NCBI RefSeq assembly: GCF_006345805.1
Contig: NC_043002.1
Coordinates: forward strand, 18,104,001-18,168,000
Length of the DNA: 64,000 nt
Origin: Octopus sinensis
Lineage: Eukaryota
Direction: 5' to 3'
Shown: in pieces, positions 1 through 13,268 of the stretch
Numbering within the stretch: position 1 is the first letter of the stretch
How the letters are laid out: each line of letters begins with the position of its first letter
Notes under the pieces: model-generated
Told to the model about the DNA's origin: nothing
Seen by the model: the letters and a program-made list of their open reading frames with translations, nothing else
Database searches by the model: none
Made by a program: the position numbers and the translations under genes

Positions 1-1916
1 AAGAAAGATACTTATTTAAGAATCAGTGAATTACATAGAATGAACATTCCCATATAAAAAGTGTTTAGAATTGAATGCAATAGAATTATGAATTCAATAG
101 AATTAAATGCTAAGAATTAAACAATACGCATCATCTCTCTATATGTTGCAGATATTTATATAGTATTATATTCAAGTGCAATTTAACTTTACTGGCAAAT
201 CTAAATAGAAATCCAGCCAAATTAATAACAGCTATTAAACTGCACATTCACGCGAATGCTGACATTGCTAGAGTATATTTCCTCCAAGTAAAAGGGCATC
301 ATATTTTTCAGTTTCTAAATTATAATAGGATATTTCTGAGATTACGGTATCGATCAACAGATGCTAATCCCAATGTGATATAAATTGTTCGAAATATGAG
401 ATCTTCTGTTTTCTGGAAGGCCATCAAGAAGGCTACAGAGGCTGAAGAAGTGTCCAGGAAAGGAAACAATATACGGCAAAAGTGATCTAAAAGGTCCGAT
501 TCCAAACAGATCAAGGTAAAACTGGTACATTTAGAAGTCATGCAAAAGATACTGAGTACAGCAGTAAAAACTGAGACAACATGGTAATAACTACAAATAT
601 GATTTTGGGTGATGAGATTGTAGCGGGTTCCTGCTGAGATTTGAGAACTATGGTCTACCCTGCTACTATAAAACACAATGCCAGTTTGAAGCAAACTGTC
701 CCCATAAAAGACATTAACACCTAATCCAACAAGGCTCCGTCAATCAGATAGGCTCACTTGTAACCAAGTGAACAGAAATCCTCTCGCCATATAGTTTGGT
801 CGAATTTTCTAGAAATCTCTTATCTCGTTATAAAAGTTGGAATTTTTAGTTTCTACTCAGAATAACCTCAGCAGTTACACAGAACGAACTATGTTCGTCA
901 GTTTCCTGATAAGATGTCCTTTCCGTTTTCTACTTGCTTTGTCGTTAATAAAGATGAACATTTTCCATACAATCACAAAAATATTTTATACAATCAAGAC
1001 TAGTAATTTCCACGTTCGCTGTCTCTTGTATCATGTATGCAAATACCTGGTGCACAAATATAAATACAAATTTTTTGTATGATAAAATAACATGAAAACC
1101 TATATACATATTCGCTTTCACACGAAGCTTACTTAATAATGTGTTTTACCAACGAAGATTAAGTGCTTAAGACACACACTAAAAGACAGAAAAGTATTAT
1201 GCGCTGCGGGAAATCAAATCCCACCCCACCATGCCAAGAAATACTGTAACACATACTGATGTATAAAAAGAAAAAGACAAATGTTTACAAAATATGTGAA
1301 TTGCTGAAATGTTAACCGTATGTGTTCTGAAATAAGAAGAGCATGGATCATATTAATGGGTGTTTTAGATTTACGAAATATTCTTCTTCAACTATTCCCT
1401 ACAAATTTTCAGCTCATAATGGAAAATAAAATTATAGTAGCATCACTTAAATGTGTTCCACCATAATTGCATAATTAAAATTGAAATTGGTTTATTCCTT
1501 TAAAGATGAATTTTTTCTTAAATTCCTTATGCCTTTATAACGATGGAATATATAAAGAAGCAATGCTCTACTATACTCAATAAATTCAATTTCTTTAGAT
1601 TAAGTAATAACTGTGGTGGTTAAAGATAGCGTTAAAAATAAGAAGCAATTTGTAAAGGACAGTCCTTGTGTCAGAATCGATAAAATATTAGATTATATCG
1701 AGATATATGAACATTTCATTTATAATTATGGTGAAAAGGAAACATAATATTGAATTGTTCTCTTTCCACTACTTAATATCTATACAGCCCATAAATTTCA
1801 CTCCTTCTTGTTGGTTTTAGATTTTAAGGAGTTAGAAGGAATTTTCATTAAATATAGGTTTCTCAAACTTTTCTTTTAGCTATCAAGCACTTTTACGAAC
1901 TCCCATACAACGGAGC

Positions 1917-2016
1917 CTTCGTAAGTGTCTTCTACTATAGCCTCGGGCTGGCCACAGCCTTGTGAGTGGATTTGGTAGACGGAAACTGAAAGAAGCCTGT
2001 CATATATATGTGTGTG

Positions 2017-2047
<31 letters not shown>

Positions 2048-2061
2048 ATATGTGTGTGCGC

Positions 2062-2095
<34 letters not shown>

Positions 2096-2272
2096 GTGTG
2101 TATATATGTTTGTGTGTCTGTGTTTGTTCCCCCAACATCGCTTGACAACCGATGCTGGTGTGTTTACGTACCCGTAACTTAGCGATTCGGCAAAAGAGAC
2201 CGATAAAATAAGTACTAGGCTTACAAAGAATAAATCTTGAGGACGATTTGCTCCAGCATGGCCACAGTCAAA
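1917..2272 (+). mobile_element. tRNA-derived SINE, family A (octopus OK/OR-type), 5'-degraded
   Basis: Carries the family motifs aagtgtcttctactatagcctcggg, gtgagtggatttggtagacggaaactgaaagaagcc, an internal (TA)/(TG) tract, gcttgacaaccgatgctggtgtgtttacg and the ccagcatggccacagtc tail. The same family recurs about 8 times in the window. Subfamily not assigned. Confidence 0.85.
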
Positions 2273-2279
2273 TAAATAA

Positions 2280-2340
<61 letters not shown>

Positions 2341-2387
2341 TATATACCAGCGATATAATTATTTTTTTATTTTATCGCATTTGATTT

Positions 2388-2442
<55 letters not shown>

Positions 2443-2538
2443 GGAGTAAACACATAAATGTGAAACAAGGTGGAAAAAAGAGTACTCAAATACCAGTGGT
2501 AGAGTAATATGCTTTATTTTAAGCAGCAGAAAATTCAA

Positions 2539-2588
2539 CAAAATCTGTTACTCTGAGTTTCTTGTTGCCGTTCATCAGACAGTTTTTG
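2539..2588 (-). ncRNA. Hammerhead motif, mirror copy (stem II weakened by one substitution)
   Basis: Reverse complement of the 2635-2684 motif. Stem II reads cg-gcaa-ca. Confidence 0.5.
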
Positions 2589-2634
2589 CTAGAATGGAAC
2601 TTATATATTAATTAATATATAAGTTCCATTCTAG

Positions 2635-2684
2635 CAAAAACTGTCTGATGAACGGCAACGAGAAACTCAGAGTAACAGATTTTG
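2635..2684 (+). ncRNA. Minimal type I hammerhead ribozyme motif
   Basis: caaaaa-ctgt CTGATGA a-cg-gcaa-cg-a GAAA ctc-a-gag T A acag-a-ttttg. Stem I is ctgt/acag plus caaaa/ttttg. Stem II is 2 bp with a GCAA loop, flanked by an A.A pair. Stem III is the near-palindrome ACTC-A-GAGT. Predicted GUA cut after 2674. Confidence 0.7.
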
Positions 2685-3202
2685 TTGAATTTTCTGCTGC
2701 TTAAAATAAAGTATATATATATATATATATATACAGATATGTTTCTTTATTAGCCACACAGGGCTGCACACAGATAGAACAAATTACAAGGTAGAGCTTT
2801 TCTTTTGAAGGTATTAAAAAAAAAAAAAAAAAAAAAAGGAAGGGGGAGGTTCGATCAAAAGGGATCGTAAAAGGAGAGAAAGAGGACAAAAATAAGGGGG
2901 GTTAAAAAAAAAAAAAAAAAAAAAAAGGGGGGAGAGGAAAAAAAAATGATCAATAGGGATCGTTATCACAGAAATGTCAATATGAAGTGTAAAGGGGAGG
3001 ACAGGTGAGGTTTACCCGTGGAAAGAAAAGCCTGCAGAAAAGACCACGGTAACCTCGGTCAATGAAGTCACATTTTATATTTCTTTTTTTTTTTTTTTTT
3101 TTTTTTTTTTGCAAATAAGCAACTCTCTGTTTTCGATTTCTGGGTTCATAGGACTATGCTCAAGGTGGCTTCGTCATTCATACGTCATTCATATATATAT
3201 AC

Positions 3203-3262
<60 letters not shown>

Positions 3263-3683
3263 GGACTAAACTCGAATAATAGAAATTTACATTTAGCAAT
3301 AACAAAACAAGAGGACGCGCACATGGAATGTATGTGTTTGACACTCGCTAAAAAGAGAGTGTTTTTAAGGTTTCGAGTTTTCGAGGTTTCATTGGAAGTA
3401 TGTGTGTATTTGTTTGTGAGAGGGAGAGAGAGAGAGAGAGAGAGAGGAGTGTGTATTTGTGTGTGTGTGTGTATGTGTGTGTGTGTGCGTGTGCGTGTGT
3501 GTGTGTGTGTGCGTGTGTGTGTGTGCGTGTGTCCGAATCTATATATAAAAGAGACAGAAATGACGCGAAGGAAGGAAATGCAATTTAGCAAAGCAGAAAT
3601 GTTAATGTTCCAAATCATGCAGACGGTAGCTCAAATTTTGGTTCGTGTCATATTAAACTGTCTTGTCTATATTCACTTGTCAA

Positions 3684-3785
3684 ATTTCGCCGAGGTCGAC
3701 TTTGCATTTCATCCTTTCGGGGGCGCTCTAATCGACTAGCCCATCCCCCAAAATTTCGGGCCTTGTGCCTAGAGTAGAAAGTATA
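3684..3785 (+). mobile_element. tRNA-derived SINE family B, 3' fragment
   Basis: aatttcgccgaggtcgactttgcatttcatcctttcgggg ... aaatttcgggccttgtgcctagagtagaaa matches other family-B copies in the window. Confidence 0.75.
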
Positions 3786-3879
3786 TTGAAATTTTTCTGC
3801 TTAATGTATTTTATTGCTGTTTGTTTGCTCATTTTCATAATTCCTGTTATCATCTTTCTTCTCAACACAGACAAAGAGA

Positions 3880-4439
3880 TATCAAGCATATGAAACCCGA
3901 GTGTCTATTTGGTCAGCTGAAAGCAGTTTTGGCACAAGCTTGGCAGACACGTGTCTCATACCCAAATCTTCATCAGTGTTAATGGACTGAACTGAACCAT
4001 ATCTAATCTGTACATTCTCTGGTAACTCATGGATGGGGATTCGATAATTTCCTCTCAAAGCTGCACGCACACCTGCGATGCTTTTCTCAGTTCTGCTGGT
4101 TGAGGGTCTCCCAGAATGTTCGTCAATATCGACATTTTTTCGGCCATCTTGGAAATGTCTGAATCGCTCATACACTCCTCTCCATACACTTTCTGCAACA
4201 TTGCGTAGGCATCTGAGCAGGTATCGCCATGACAACTTTCTCTTTCACGATCAATATGATGATCACATGCTACACACTTCCTTCTAAGCACAGCTGAAAC
4301 AGCGGAAGTGAGCTAGAACGATAAACCGTAGTGTCCAAGAACAACTGAGTTCAAGGTCAGTCTTTGCAAAACGGCTTCACTCAGCATGCTTTAGCTTCGT
4401 TACTATGGCAACAGTCCGGATAATAATTGATCAGACCTA
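3880..4439 (-). mobile_element. Mariner transposon 5' fragment (decayed transposase N-terminus)
   Basis: Frameshifted MLQKVYGEECMS / VYERFRHFQDGRKNVDIDEHSGRPSTS...GMRHVSAKLVPKLLS (HTH region plus the WVPHEL-equivalent motif). TIR-like end ggtctgatcaattattatccggactg next to TA at ~4439. Confidence 0.9.
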
Positions 4440-5656
4440 TATATATGTATTAATATATACATACATATCTAAATATAGATATATATACACACACAGACAC
4501 ACAGTCACACACACATGCACACATACACATACACCATTATTTAATTTAACGGTTTAAGTATATGTATAGAAAATTTAATTTTTGTTTTCATTGAGTCCCT
4601 GCACCTGTGTATCCCCTATGTATGTGTATGCTAACGTTATGGAGTCTATGAGTAAGTTAATTATTAATTTTATGTAATATATATTAAAATTGAATACGAT
4701 ATTGTATTTAAATCTTTACAGTATGCAATACTTTTAAAAATAGATTTTAGAGTGCAATTAAACGAATATTTGAATTTAAATTATAATATGAAAATCATAT
4801 ATATATGTACATATATTCGTATATTTAAACATATATATACACATGTATGTGTGTGTGTGCTTGTAGAGAGAGAGAGATTTTTTAATAATGAAAGCGAATA
4901 TTGAAAACGAAATATTCAAAAGGGATCGTATTTCATGTTTCTTTCTTTCCTTCTTTGTTATTCTTTGTTAATTTTCGATAACCAATAACAGGCATGAAAC
5001 GCGAGAAAAGATCAAACAGTAAAGCATAAAAAGAGTATTTAAAAGGAAGTTTAATCACAATGGAGGAAATAAGATTTTCATTGACCAACAAACAAGAAAC
5101 GACCACATCAAAAGTATTAAATTAAAAAGAAAAATGGTAAAATAATAATTAAGTCATAATGTTAAAGTTCCAAAATTAATGGCTTTTTTAAATATATAAT
5201 TGAAAAGTTATACAGGAAATTAGACAGCCATATTTATTATAATTATTAGTAATAGTATCAATATTGCATTTTTGAATAGTTTATTTTTTTAATGCGTGTT
5301 TTCAATGAAGTATCGAGCGCATGTCTCGGCGCCTTGAGTGTATGCTCTCTTCTGTTTTGGTTTTATATTCTCTATTGTGTTGAGAGAACTCTAAATAATA
5401 TTCGTGACGTGACAAGCAGTGCTATTTTCTCTATGTAATGCACTTTTCTAATTTATAGGATATCAATTATTTATCTATATTTTTCTATCATTCGCAAATT
5501 ATTTCTTATATGGATTGTTCTGTTCTAAAACATTTTATTCTGATAAACTCTGTTTCCAAAACTCAAAATTCAGAAAGTTTTTTTCATTTTATTGAGAAAT
5601 AACTTACCGACTGATGGAACTCAGAATTCGGTTAAAGCACAGTATCTGGATCTTTT

Positions 5657-6067
5657 CGGTTTGAACGGCAGTTTTTTCTAGCGGTGTCATATGAAATTGT
5701 CACCCATAATTATGACCCTAGTATCGATCTATTGCATTTCAATATGTTTTAGGATTAGGGTTAGGGTTGGGGTTAGGGGTGGGGGGAAGGGTATCTTTAT
5801 TTCTTCACAAATGTAAATAAACCCAATCTGTTTCTGAAACGAGGGACATATTCATACGGCACTAAATGTTTTTTAACTCAATGGACGTATTTGATTGGTT
5901 GAAATTGCAGAAATTGAAGAAAAAAACCCACAAATATCTTACAAACTATAGAATTTTTTCAATAAAGCCAAGAGAAAAAGATGTTTTATAAATACATTCT
6001 ACCAGTATACGAAGTTTAAAATTTTTTAGTTACCTAGAAATTATGTTAAAAACTGCCGTTCAAACCG
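5657..6067. mobile_element. MITE with ~20-bp TIRs and probable 8-bp TSD (hAT-like)
   Basis: TIRs cggtttgaacggcagttttt (5657-5676) and aaaaactgccgttcaaaccg (6048-6067). Flanks gatctttt / aatctttt. Internal degenerate TTAGGG tract. Confidence 0.75.
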
Positions 6068-7249
6068 AATCTTTTCTTGTAGACCTTAACAACAATATCC
6101 ACCATATGGGCTTCCATCTCACTCACTGTGTGGATTACCAGATCTCAGAATATGCTCTCTTACTCACTCCTTGGGAGAATTTCTGTAATGTTTATATCAC
6201 CTCTTTACTGTCAGTATTCCATAATGCCGTTCTAATTTTCGAAGTATGAAATCTCTGCTTCTCTCATGCATATAGCGATAGAATTTTTGTGATACAATTT
6301 AGCTTTCAGTGAAAATTTGATTAGTTGTTTTTTGCGAAAAACTACATGTTCTACATAACGTATTTTGTTTCGTTACATGACCTCAGGGGCTTCCACTGGG
6401 AAGCCTTTGATATTAAATCACAATCAAGAATTCCCGCTTTACTCGTACACTTTGCGACCAGCGTCACACTTTCACTTAATCTATCTCTCCTCAGTTCAAT
6501 TTTAATTCAAGTAGGGTCTTATCGATCCATTGCAATACCATAGTTTAACTTTCAGTTGAACTATACTTTCTGTTGCTGTATCTTATCAAATCTATCCACC
6601 ATTGCAGCCCGTTTTGTATCAGGTTTGTGTGTGTGTAGTGTATGCGCGTGTGTAGTATGTGTGTATATGTGTGTGTGCATGTGTGTGTCCGTGTTTCATA
6701 GCTATCCGAAATATCAATTGGTGCTTACAATATATTTTTATAGACTTGCAGTGCATATTTGGTATTTAGCATAAGGACTACATCCCCGAATTAATATAGT
6801 TTGTAATGTAATATTTATATGCTCGCCCTTGGGTGACGTAATCTAAATGCAATCATTATTTTTTAGATATATGTCCGACCAGTATGGATAATTCTAGCAC
6901 TCAGTTGAGAATATTTTGACATATAACTAATACAGATGAATTATTGTGGTTTATTACCTTATGTTGAATTACATTAACGTAATTTAAATATTAATACAAT
7001 GCGTCTGTAACATTCTTCCCTAACTTATTATATTCTGCATGATTGTAGTACTGCCTAGTTAACTGAATTCAAAGCATGCGTAAGTTTCTGTTTGGTTTAA
7101 TCCCTGTCTATTTTTATTATAGTACTTGGGTTATTAATAAATTTCCATCGTAACATCTTACTACTAATCCGAACTTCATTAATTCCTATCGTATATCCAC
7201 GTACTGTCTGAAGATGTGTAGCTATTTTGTTTTTCTTTATATTATCTAT

Positions 7250-8300
7250 ATGTAAACCATAAGACTATCCCTATATGCAATATAGTTTCTTGCCATCTCA
7301 TAGCCTTTTCATCCGAGAATAGACTGGTTTTATATGCTGAAAAGGGATAAGGAAAGGGAATCTGTTCTAGGAATAAAGCTTTACTAACGGAGGCTTTATG
7401 TCTGTAGGTTTAGGGTAGCTTTCTCTGTAGTTTTGGGTGTTTTCCATCATTGAGCAAGTCAGCTGTTGTCTTCAGCCTTGTGGATATCCTATTGTTGTCT
7501 TTATCTGAAGCCTTCTTTGTCATTTCCTCATCAATTATTTAATATATCTGCATATTACAGGTGCTATCTTACTCCTGAGTGATGTTCCTACAGTCTGCGT
7601 ATGTTAAAATCCATCTCATAATCAAGCCCTTGCAGCATATGAACATGGATTTGTAGATCAATAACCTATCTTTATAGCGATATAGGTTCGTTATCACTTT
7701 CTTGCACTCCTGTTGGTGTTGTATGATTATTTTAAATTCTCAGACGTTTACTTATTCTCCAGTATATTATTACAATTAATGTTTCGTACGTCGTTGGAAA
7801 GCTGCCTTTATGTCTGTAGGTTAGGAGTAGCTTTCTCTTTAGTTTTGGGTGTTTTCCATCTTTGAGTAAGTCAGCTGTTGTCTTCAGCCTTGTGGATATC
7901 CTATTTTGGATGTCTTATTATACAAGCACTTTAGATGCAACTATTAAAGATTTTAACCGCAATTTTCACTATTGTCATCTCGTCATATCTTTTGCTTTTT
8001 CGCTTTAGTAGCGTGTTGCAAACTTCTTCTATTAGGTTTTCTCACGATTCTTTAGACACTGTGCTTGTTGCTTTGAGCAATCCCGTCGAAACTGTTACCT
8101 TCTTTCATAGCATTTTCCAATAATTCTTTTATTTCCCTCGCAGATATTACTGATTCAATTTCTAGTTTATTTTTACCTAGTCCATGATATAGTTGTTTGG
8201 ATTTATAGTCGAAATGTGTGTTTTGCTTAAAGAAGGGCTGTTGGTTTCTATGCCAACAGATTTTTTTATGTTTGGAGAAGGATGCCATTTATTTCATTAT
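7250..8300 (-). mobile_element. Highly decayed non-LTR retrotransposon (possibly R4/Dong-like)
   Basis: A-rich minus strand with residual peptides (RNQQPFFKQN..KQLYHGLGK; a YPQRLKT-like stretch) loosely resembling R4/Dong ORFs. Contains an internal 100-bp direct duplication. Confidence 0.35.
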
Positions 8301-9574
8301 TCTGGGAGATCTTTTCACTTATCTCCATCCTTATTTCTGTGAATTTGCTTTATATATTCTTTGAATCAGTATTGATATTTTAATTACCTGTGAGAGAATA
8401 TTCACTATCCATTCTATCTTCAATGGCAGTAACAAATATTATTGCGCTTAACCTGGTGATATTGATGTTTGTGTCTGTTTTCATTAAATATGATACGTAA
8501 ATTTTTGTTAATTCATTGCTGCTACCATTTTAACTTGCAAAGAGGTCCTCGGTAGACCTTTCGTTGGTCAGTATGGACAGTTTCTCTTATTTTTAATTAA
8601 TTTTTTGGTTATTCATGAATAACTTGTCATGTTCATAGATTCCATTTACAGCATTTCCTATTCTGAAATCAGCATCGCGTCTTTTTATTTCTTTCTACTT
8701 TTTAGATTCTTTTTTTATCAGTACTCTCCATAGAGAATGGTTATGTCTACTGTAGCTATTTTACTTTTTTGTGTGGTATTCGTTTAATTTTAACTTGCTG
8801 ATTTATGATATGAATGATTTTACTTCTGATGGATACACTCAGGTGCACACGATTTCAATACTATAGCATGTAGGCAGATTATATCATGACATCTCCTGAT
8901 CCTCCCAAGTTAACGTCCTCACAACCATATGTAAGTGGATAACACAATTTGGATTTTCATTTTTTAAACTATATCTTTCTGAAATTATTGTACTCTTTTA
9001 TATATTTTCATATTTATTCTGTATTCTTAAAACTTACTAACTTTTTAACATATTTTAATGTATTTATCTAACCTTTCTCCATATTTTCATACAACTTTCC
9101 TTGTTCGTTCTCATATTTTTGTAAACTCCACTTATGCAATAAAATTTTGCTTTTATGAAATCTTAGGGTTAATAGAAGACACTATAATTATAATAATCAC
9201 AAATTTTCTAAAATCATAATTATAATGATTTATCATCATAATTTCAAAAATTCTATGAAAGTTCCTTGTAATCCACCAGCTGCGCTTCGATGCTCGTCTG
9301 GTGTGCATAACCTTGTCTTTTTTATTTTATTTACAGCTTGTCTGAAGTATGAATAACTTTTTAATTTTCTTGGAGGAGTGTGTCTGTTTCTGGTGTTATT
9401 CATGTATTTTCACCATTGTGAAGATACAGTGCTGTCTCAAGTAGTATCAATTATTTTTATGAATCATTATTATTTTACTAATCATTATTAATCATCAACA
9501 TCATCATCATATTAGTATTATAATTATCATTGTTGTGGTTGCTGTTGTTGTTGTTTACTTATCATTAAATAAAG

Positions 9575-10862
9575 AAATTGCGGTGGCAAATGCCTACCTC
9601 ACCTCCGCTATCATTTATCTCCTGTCCGCCTTGTCCCGGCTACTACTTGACCAGTTTGGAGCGTCTGTTATTTAAATTCTTCTGGAAGGGACGCGTTTCA
9701 ATGGTCATGCGATCAGTCTGTTGCCAACATCCTCTGAGTGGCTAATTAGTTATACTGTGGGTACTAAAGCGCAAACATGCGCTCAAGTTACTTACCTGCA
9801 ACCGATTTCTGGACTGTGAGCAAGTGTGAGATCCATTACTAAGGCTCGTCTTTCTGCAGCAGCTCGTCTCCTTGACGGAGCTGCAGTCCTGGGGGAAAAA
9901 CAGGCCGAGACTGGGACACTGGTATCTAGAATGTCGTCAGGCACTCACAGCCCTCTAACAATCGAGCAATTGGATCGGTGGATGTTCCGCTTTAGAAATG
10001 TATAGAGGATTAGTGGCGACGACGTTCTCGGGGAGAATCTGGGCACCGATGAAAATGAACTGGCTAGTCTGTTCCGGAGAAATTTCCGATAGGGAAGTAT
10101 TATGGATAATTTCCAGATGTTCTTAGACTGACAATGCTACCGGGAGGCACTACTGGTGCGAGATAAAGTCTACGGGCATGGATGTGTTGTCAGACGGGCT
10201 TGTCTGAGGTGCGCACACAGTGACGAAACCGTTCTGCACGCACTTGTTCAGTGTCCGGGAATTGCTGACTTGTGGGGGGCTGCTGTCACGTGTGGGACAG
10301 ATCCGTCAATCGGCCGAGTTTCTGGTAACGTTTCCTCTACCGCACTCCTTCAATCGAGCAGGCAAGGCAGTTTTTTTCTTTACCTGATGGCTCTGGTGAA
10401 ATAGGTTGTTTGGTGGATAAAGACGAAAGGCAGAGGGAAGATACATTCCTCTTTGATAGAGCTCTCATACACTTCTTCAAGAATAGGTGGTACCTCTATA
10501 AATGTAGTCAGAAGGAATTGGAGAGGTCACTTACTCTTGGTGTTCAGGGAAATATGAGAAAATAGGTTTCCTCCATTATCCCTAGAAGTCGCTCTGTATT
10601 AAGATGACTACATCACTATCATCCTCCACCTCTACTGTTTTCTTTTCTTTAAATCTTTGTATACTATGTATATTTTCTTTCCTTCTCGTTATATACCGTG
10701 TATACTTACATTTTTTTTACTTATTTAATGAATTTATCATTTCAATTTCTGTAAAAAAAACCACACTAAGGATGTCTTCGTATTGTCCCTCTCATCCTTC
10801 GCCCTGGAGGCAAATAAGGAATTCATTATTATTATTACTATTATTATTACTATTATTATTAT
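9575..10862 (+). mobile_element. Tx1/L1-clade LINE 3' portion, degenerate
   Basis: LERLLFKFFWKGRVSMV-like post-RT segment and a zf-RVT Cys/His motif (RACLRCAHSDETVLHALVQCP, ORF 10156-10404). The 3' UTR ends ...ggcaaataaggaattc followed by an (ATT)n tail. Confidence 0.8.
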
Positions 10863-10868
10863 TATTAT

Positions 10869-10918
<50 letters not shown>
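10834..10918. repeat. Compound (ATT)n(AGT)n microsatellite
   Basis: Directly visible. Confidence 0.95.
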
Positions 10919-10920
10919 AA

Positions 10921-11056
10921 AATAATGGCTTCAAATTTTGTCACAAAAGTACAATTTTGGGGGAGGGGATTACATCGACCCCGATGTTCAACTGGTACTT
11001 ATTTTATCGACTCCGAAAGAAGGAAAGGCATAGTTAACCTCGGGGGAATTTGAATA
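10921..11056 (-). mobile_element. SINE family B fragment
   Basis: Reverse complement of the family-B body (gattacatcgacccc...actggtacttattttatcgac...gaaaggcatagttaacctcgg). Confidence 0.75.
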
Positions 11057-11059
11057 TGT

Positions 11060-11155
11060 GGCGAAATAGCAGAATCGTTAGAACGGCGGGCGCAATGCTT
11101 AGCTGTATTTCATCAGTTTTTATCTTTATGTTCTAATTCAGCTGAGGTCGATGTT
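11060..11155 (+). mobile_element. SINE family B 5' fragment, back-to-back with the previous copy
   Basis: ggcgaaatagcagaatcgttagaacggcgggcgcaatgcttagctgtattt head. Confidence 0.6.
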
Positions 11156-11599
11156 GTTATTGTTGTTGTTGTTCTTGTTGTTGTTGTTCTTGTTGTTGTT
11201 TTTGATAAGGCAGTGAAAAATTTTTCCAGAAAACTTCTGAATTTTATGCTATCTGTTTCCGCTTTGATATATTTTGGTATAGTATTAAAAAGAGCTGAGT
11301 CAGTTGAGGTAAAGTAGTATCGTAATGTTGTTATGTATCTGAGTTCGATATTTGTAGTAGGTGATTAGTACCGAGGCCAAGTCTCGCAATGATTTTAAAA
11401 TTGATGCCAACATCATTTGTGTAATATTAATGGAATATTTTCCACCTCACATAAATGATGTAGCGCTCACGGCGGCGTTGGAGACAGTAGAGATTGGAAT
11501 TTTTAGTCGACCTCAACAGTCAATGCCTGTCATGCGGTCTATCTTTGTGGTTATTGACCTCTAGAGCGCTTTCACTTTCATAATGAGTCGATTCATGTG

Positions 11600-13268
11600 G
11601 GGAAACCACAGTGCGCAACAGTATTCAAGGTGAGATCGGGCAAAAGTAGAGTAGAAAAGGATGATGGTATGACAATCTGTAGACCAGAAATTTATCAGAA
11701 TCCAGAAGCGCATCTTGCAGGCCAAGACAACCGTGCTGTTTACGTGGAAACTTCAGCTTGGATTGTTATTAACAATTACTCCAAGGTCTCTGGTGTTGTT
11801 GGATGACACTAGGGAGTCGCCCGAGGGGAAGGGCTTATGTTTGTTTCAGAGAATCCTCTTTTCGAAAATTCATCAAATTAAATTTGTCTTCATTTAGAAG
11901 CATATTGTTCTTTTCTGACGTTGGACAACAGCAAACAGATCCGACTGAAGGCATGTTCGGTTTCCCATACTCTTTATGGCGTTCTGGAGCTTGGAATTAT
12001 CTGTAAAGATTTTCATTGGAAATATGTCGGTAAGTCGAAATTAATTATATCGAAAAACGTAGCACATGGTGTTACGAGAAAAAGATTATTATTTTTTCGG
12101 TGAATTTGTATGTAATATAATATTTCGAGGTCGAACGAAAGAGGCAAAAATATATGTATTAAAAAGTTCGCTTAATTTATTCAGCACAGAAGGTATGGAA
12201 CTATTTAAAGCATGGAATATGCCCATAAATGTTTTGTATGGAAATATAGTCAGTTCAGTCGAAGGTTCGAATGCGGCTGAGTATCTGAAAGGAAAAAATT
12301 GCAGTAAAACAGAGTGAAACACCTGTATGTAAGCCAAAATAAAATGAAAAATTGCCCACGATAAAAAGCAAACATTTTTCAAAAGTAGATGTCCCGTGGT
12401 CGAGTCTACAATTCGATTTCGCTGGGCCTTTAAATTGTTTGTCACTACTTTGTGGTAGTTGATAGTTTCTCAAAATGGTCAGAAATTTGTACGTTTAAAA
12501 AACCATCCTCAAATGTGATAATTTTTTTACACGAATTGTTAACAAGATTTGGCATCCCAGACAAGATAGTCTCTGACAATGGAACGCAATTTGTGTCTAA
12601 CGAATTTAATAAGTTTTGTGAAAACTTGTAGCTACTGCACCATATCATCCCAGGCCTAACGAACAGGCAGAACGCTTTGTCTATACCTTCAACAGAGCAC
12701 TTAGAAAATCAAATAAGTCACGGATGAAGTAGCTCTACAACAATTTTTGAGAGTGTACCGTGTGACACCAAATCCGAATACACTAACAGGTAGATCCCCT
12801 GCGAAGAAAGTAAAATCAGTCTTTGATAAATTGCTACCTGGCAAGAAAAGATACTTTAAAGTTGGTGAAAAGGTGTAAAGGTGTATATGAGGGCATACAA
12901 GAATGGAAAGCAGAGTTGGGATGATGGCGTAATTACCAAATGCATAGGTAAAAAATAAGGTATTGGGTAAAAAGTAGAAAACGCGTACAAAAGAAACACA
13001 GAAACCGACTGAAAAAGAGATTCGTGGAAATCGAACCAAAGAAGTTGCAGGAACCGATGGAATGGTTGTGCGATACGTTCCAAGTGCCAATGCCACTGCA
13101 GGTGATTGAACCCAGGCGTACAAGTGAGCGGAGAAGAAAACATACAGAGTTCTTGAAAATAGATGCCAAGCGCAAAAAGTATTAAATTGTACGAAAAAAA
13201 TAGAAAAGTAAAAAAAAAAGAGGGTGGAGTGAATAACAGAAGTTATTAATAAAGCTTAAAAGGGGGTA
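11600..13268 (+). mobile_element. Ty3/Gypsy LTR retrotransposon pol remnant (integrase clear, RNase H region faint)
   Basis: Frameshifted PWSSLQFDFAGP / YFVVVDSFSKWSEI...RFGIPDKIVSDNGTQFVSNEFNKFC / TAPYHPRPNEQAERFV (DDE integrase core, ~12390-12690). Polypurine tract aaaaggggg at ~13258-13266. Confidence 0.85.

Larger units (their letters stand above)
2441..2711. mobile_element. Foldback (inverted) Penelope-like terminal-repeat relic with two hammerhead motifs
   Basis: 2512-2711 is a 200-bp palindrome centred at 2611/2612 with one mismatch (2563/2660). It is flanked by (TA)n and a second copy lies at 28483-28723. The Penelope link is inferred from the known HHR-in-pLTR association and the inverted arrangement. 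Confidence 0.7.

Noticed and set aside
320-694. 124-aa minus-strand ORF containing a GPCR-like 'LASVDRY' and hydrophobic stretches
   Set aside because: TM spacing and other class A motifs do not fit. T-rich strands give hydrophobic ORFs by default, and about one ORF this long is expected by chance in the window. The plus strand has faint R4/Dong-like words (MQKI..STA). Left uncalled, and a BLASTp would settle it.
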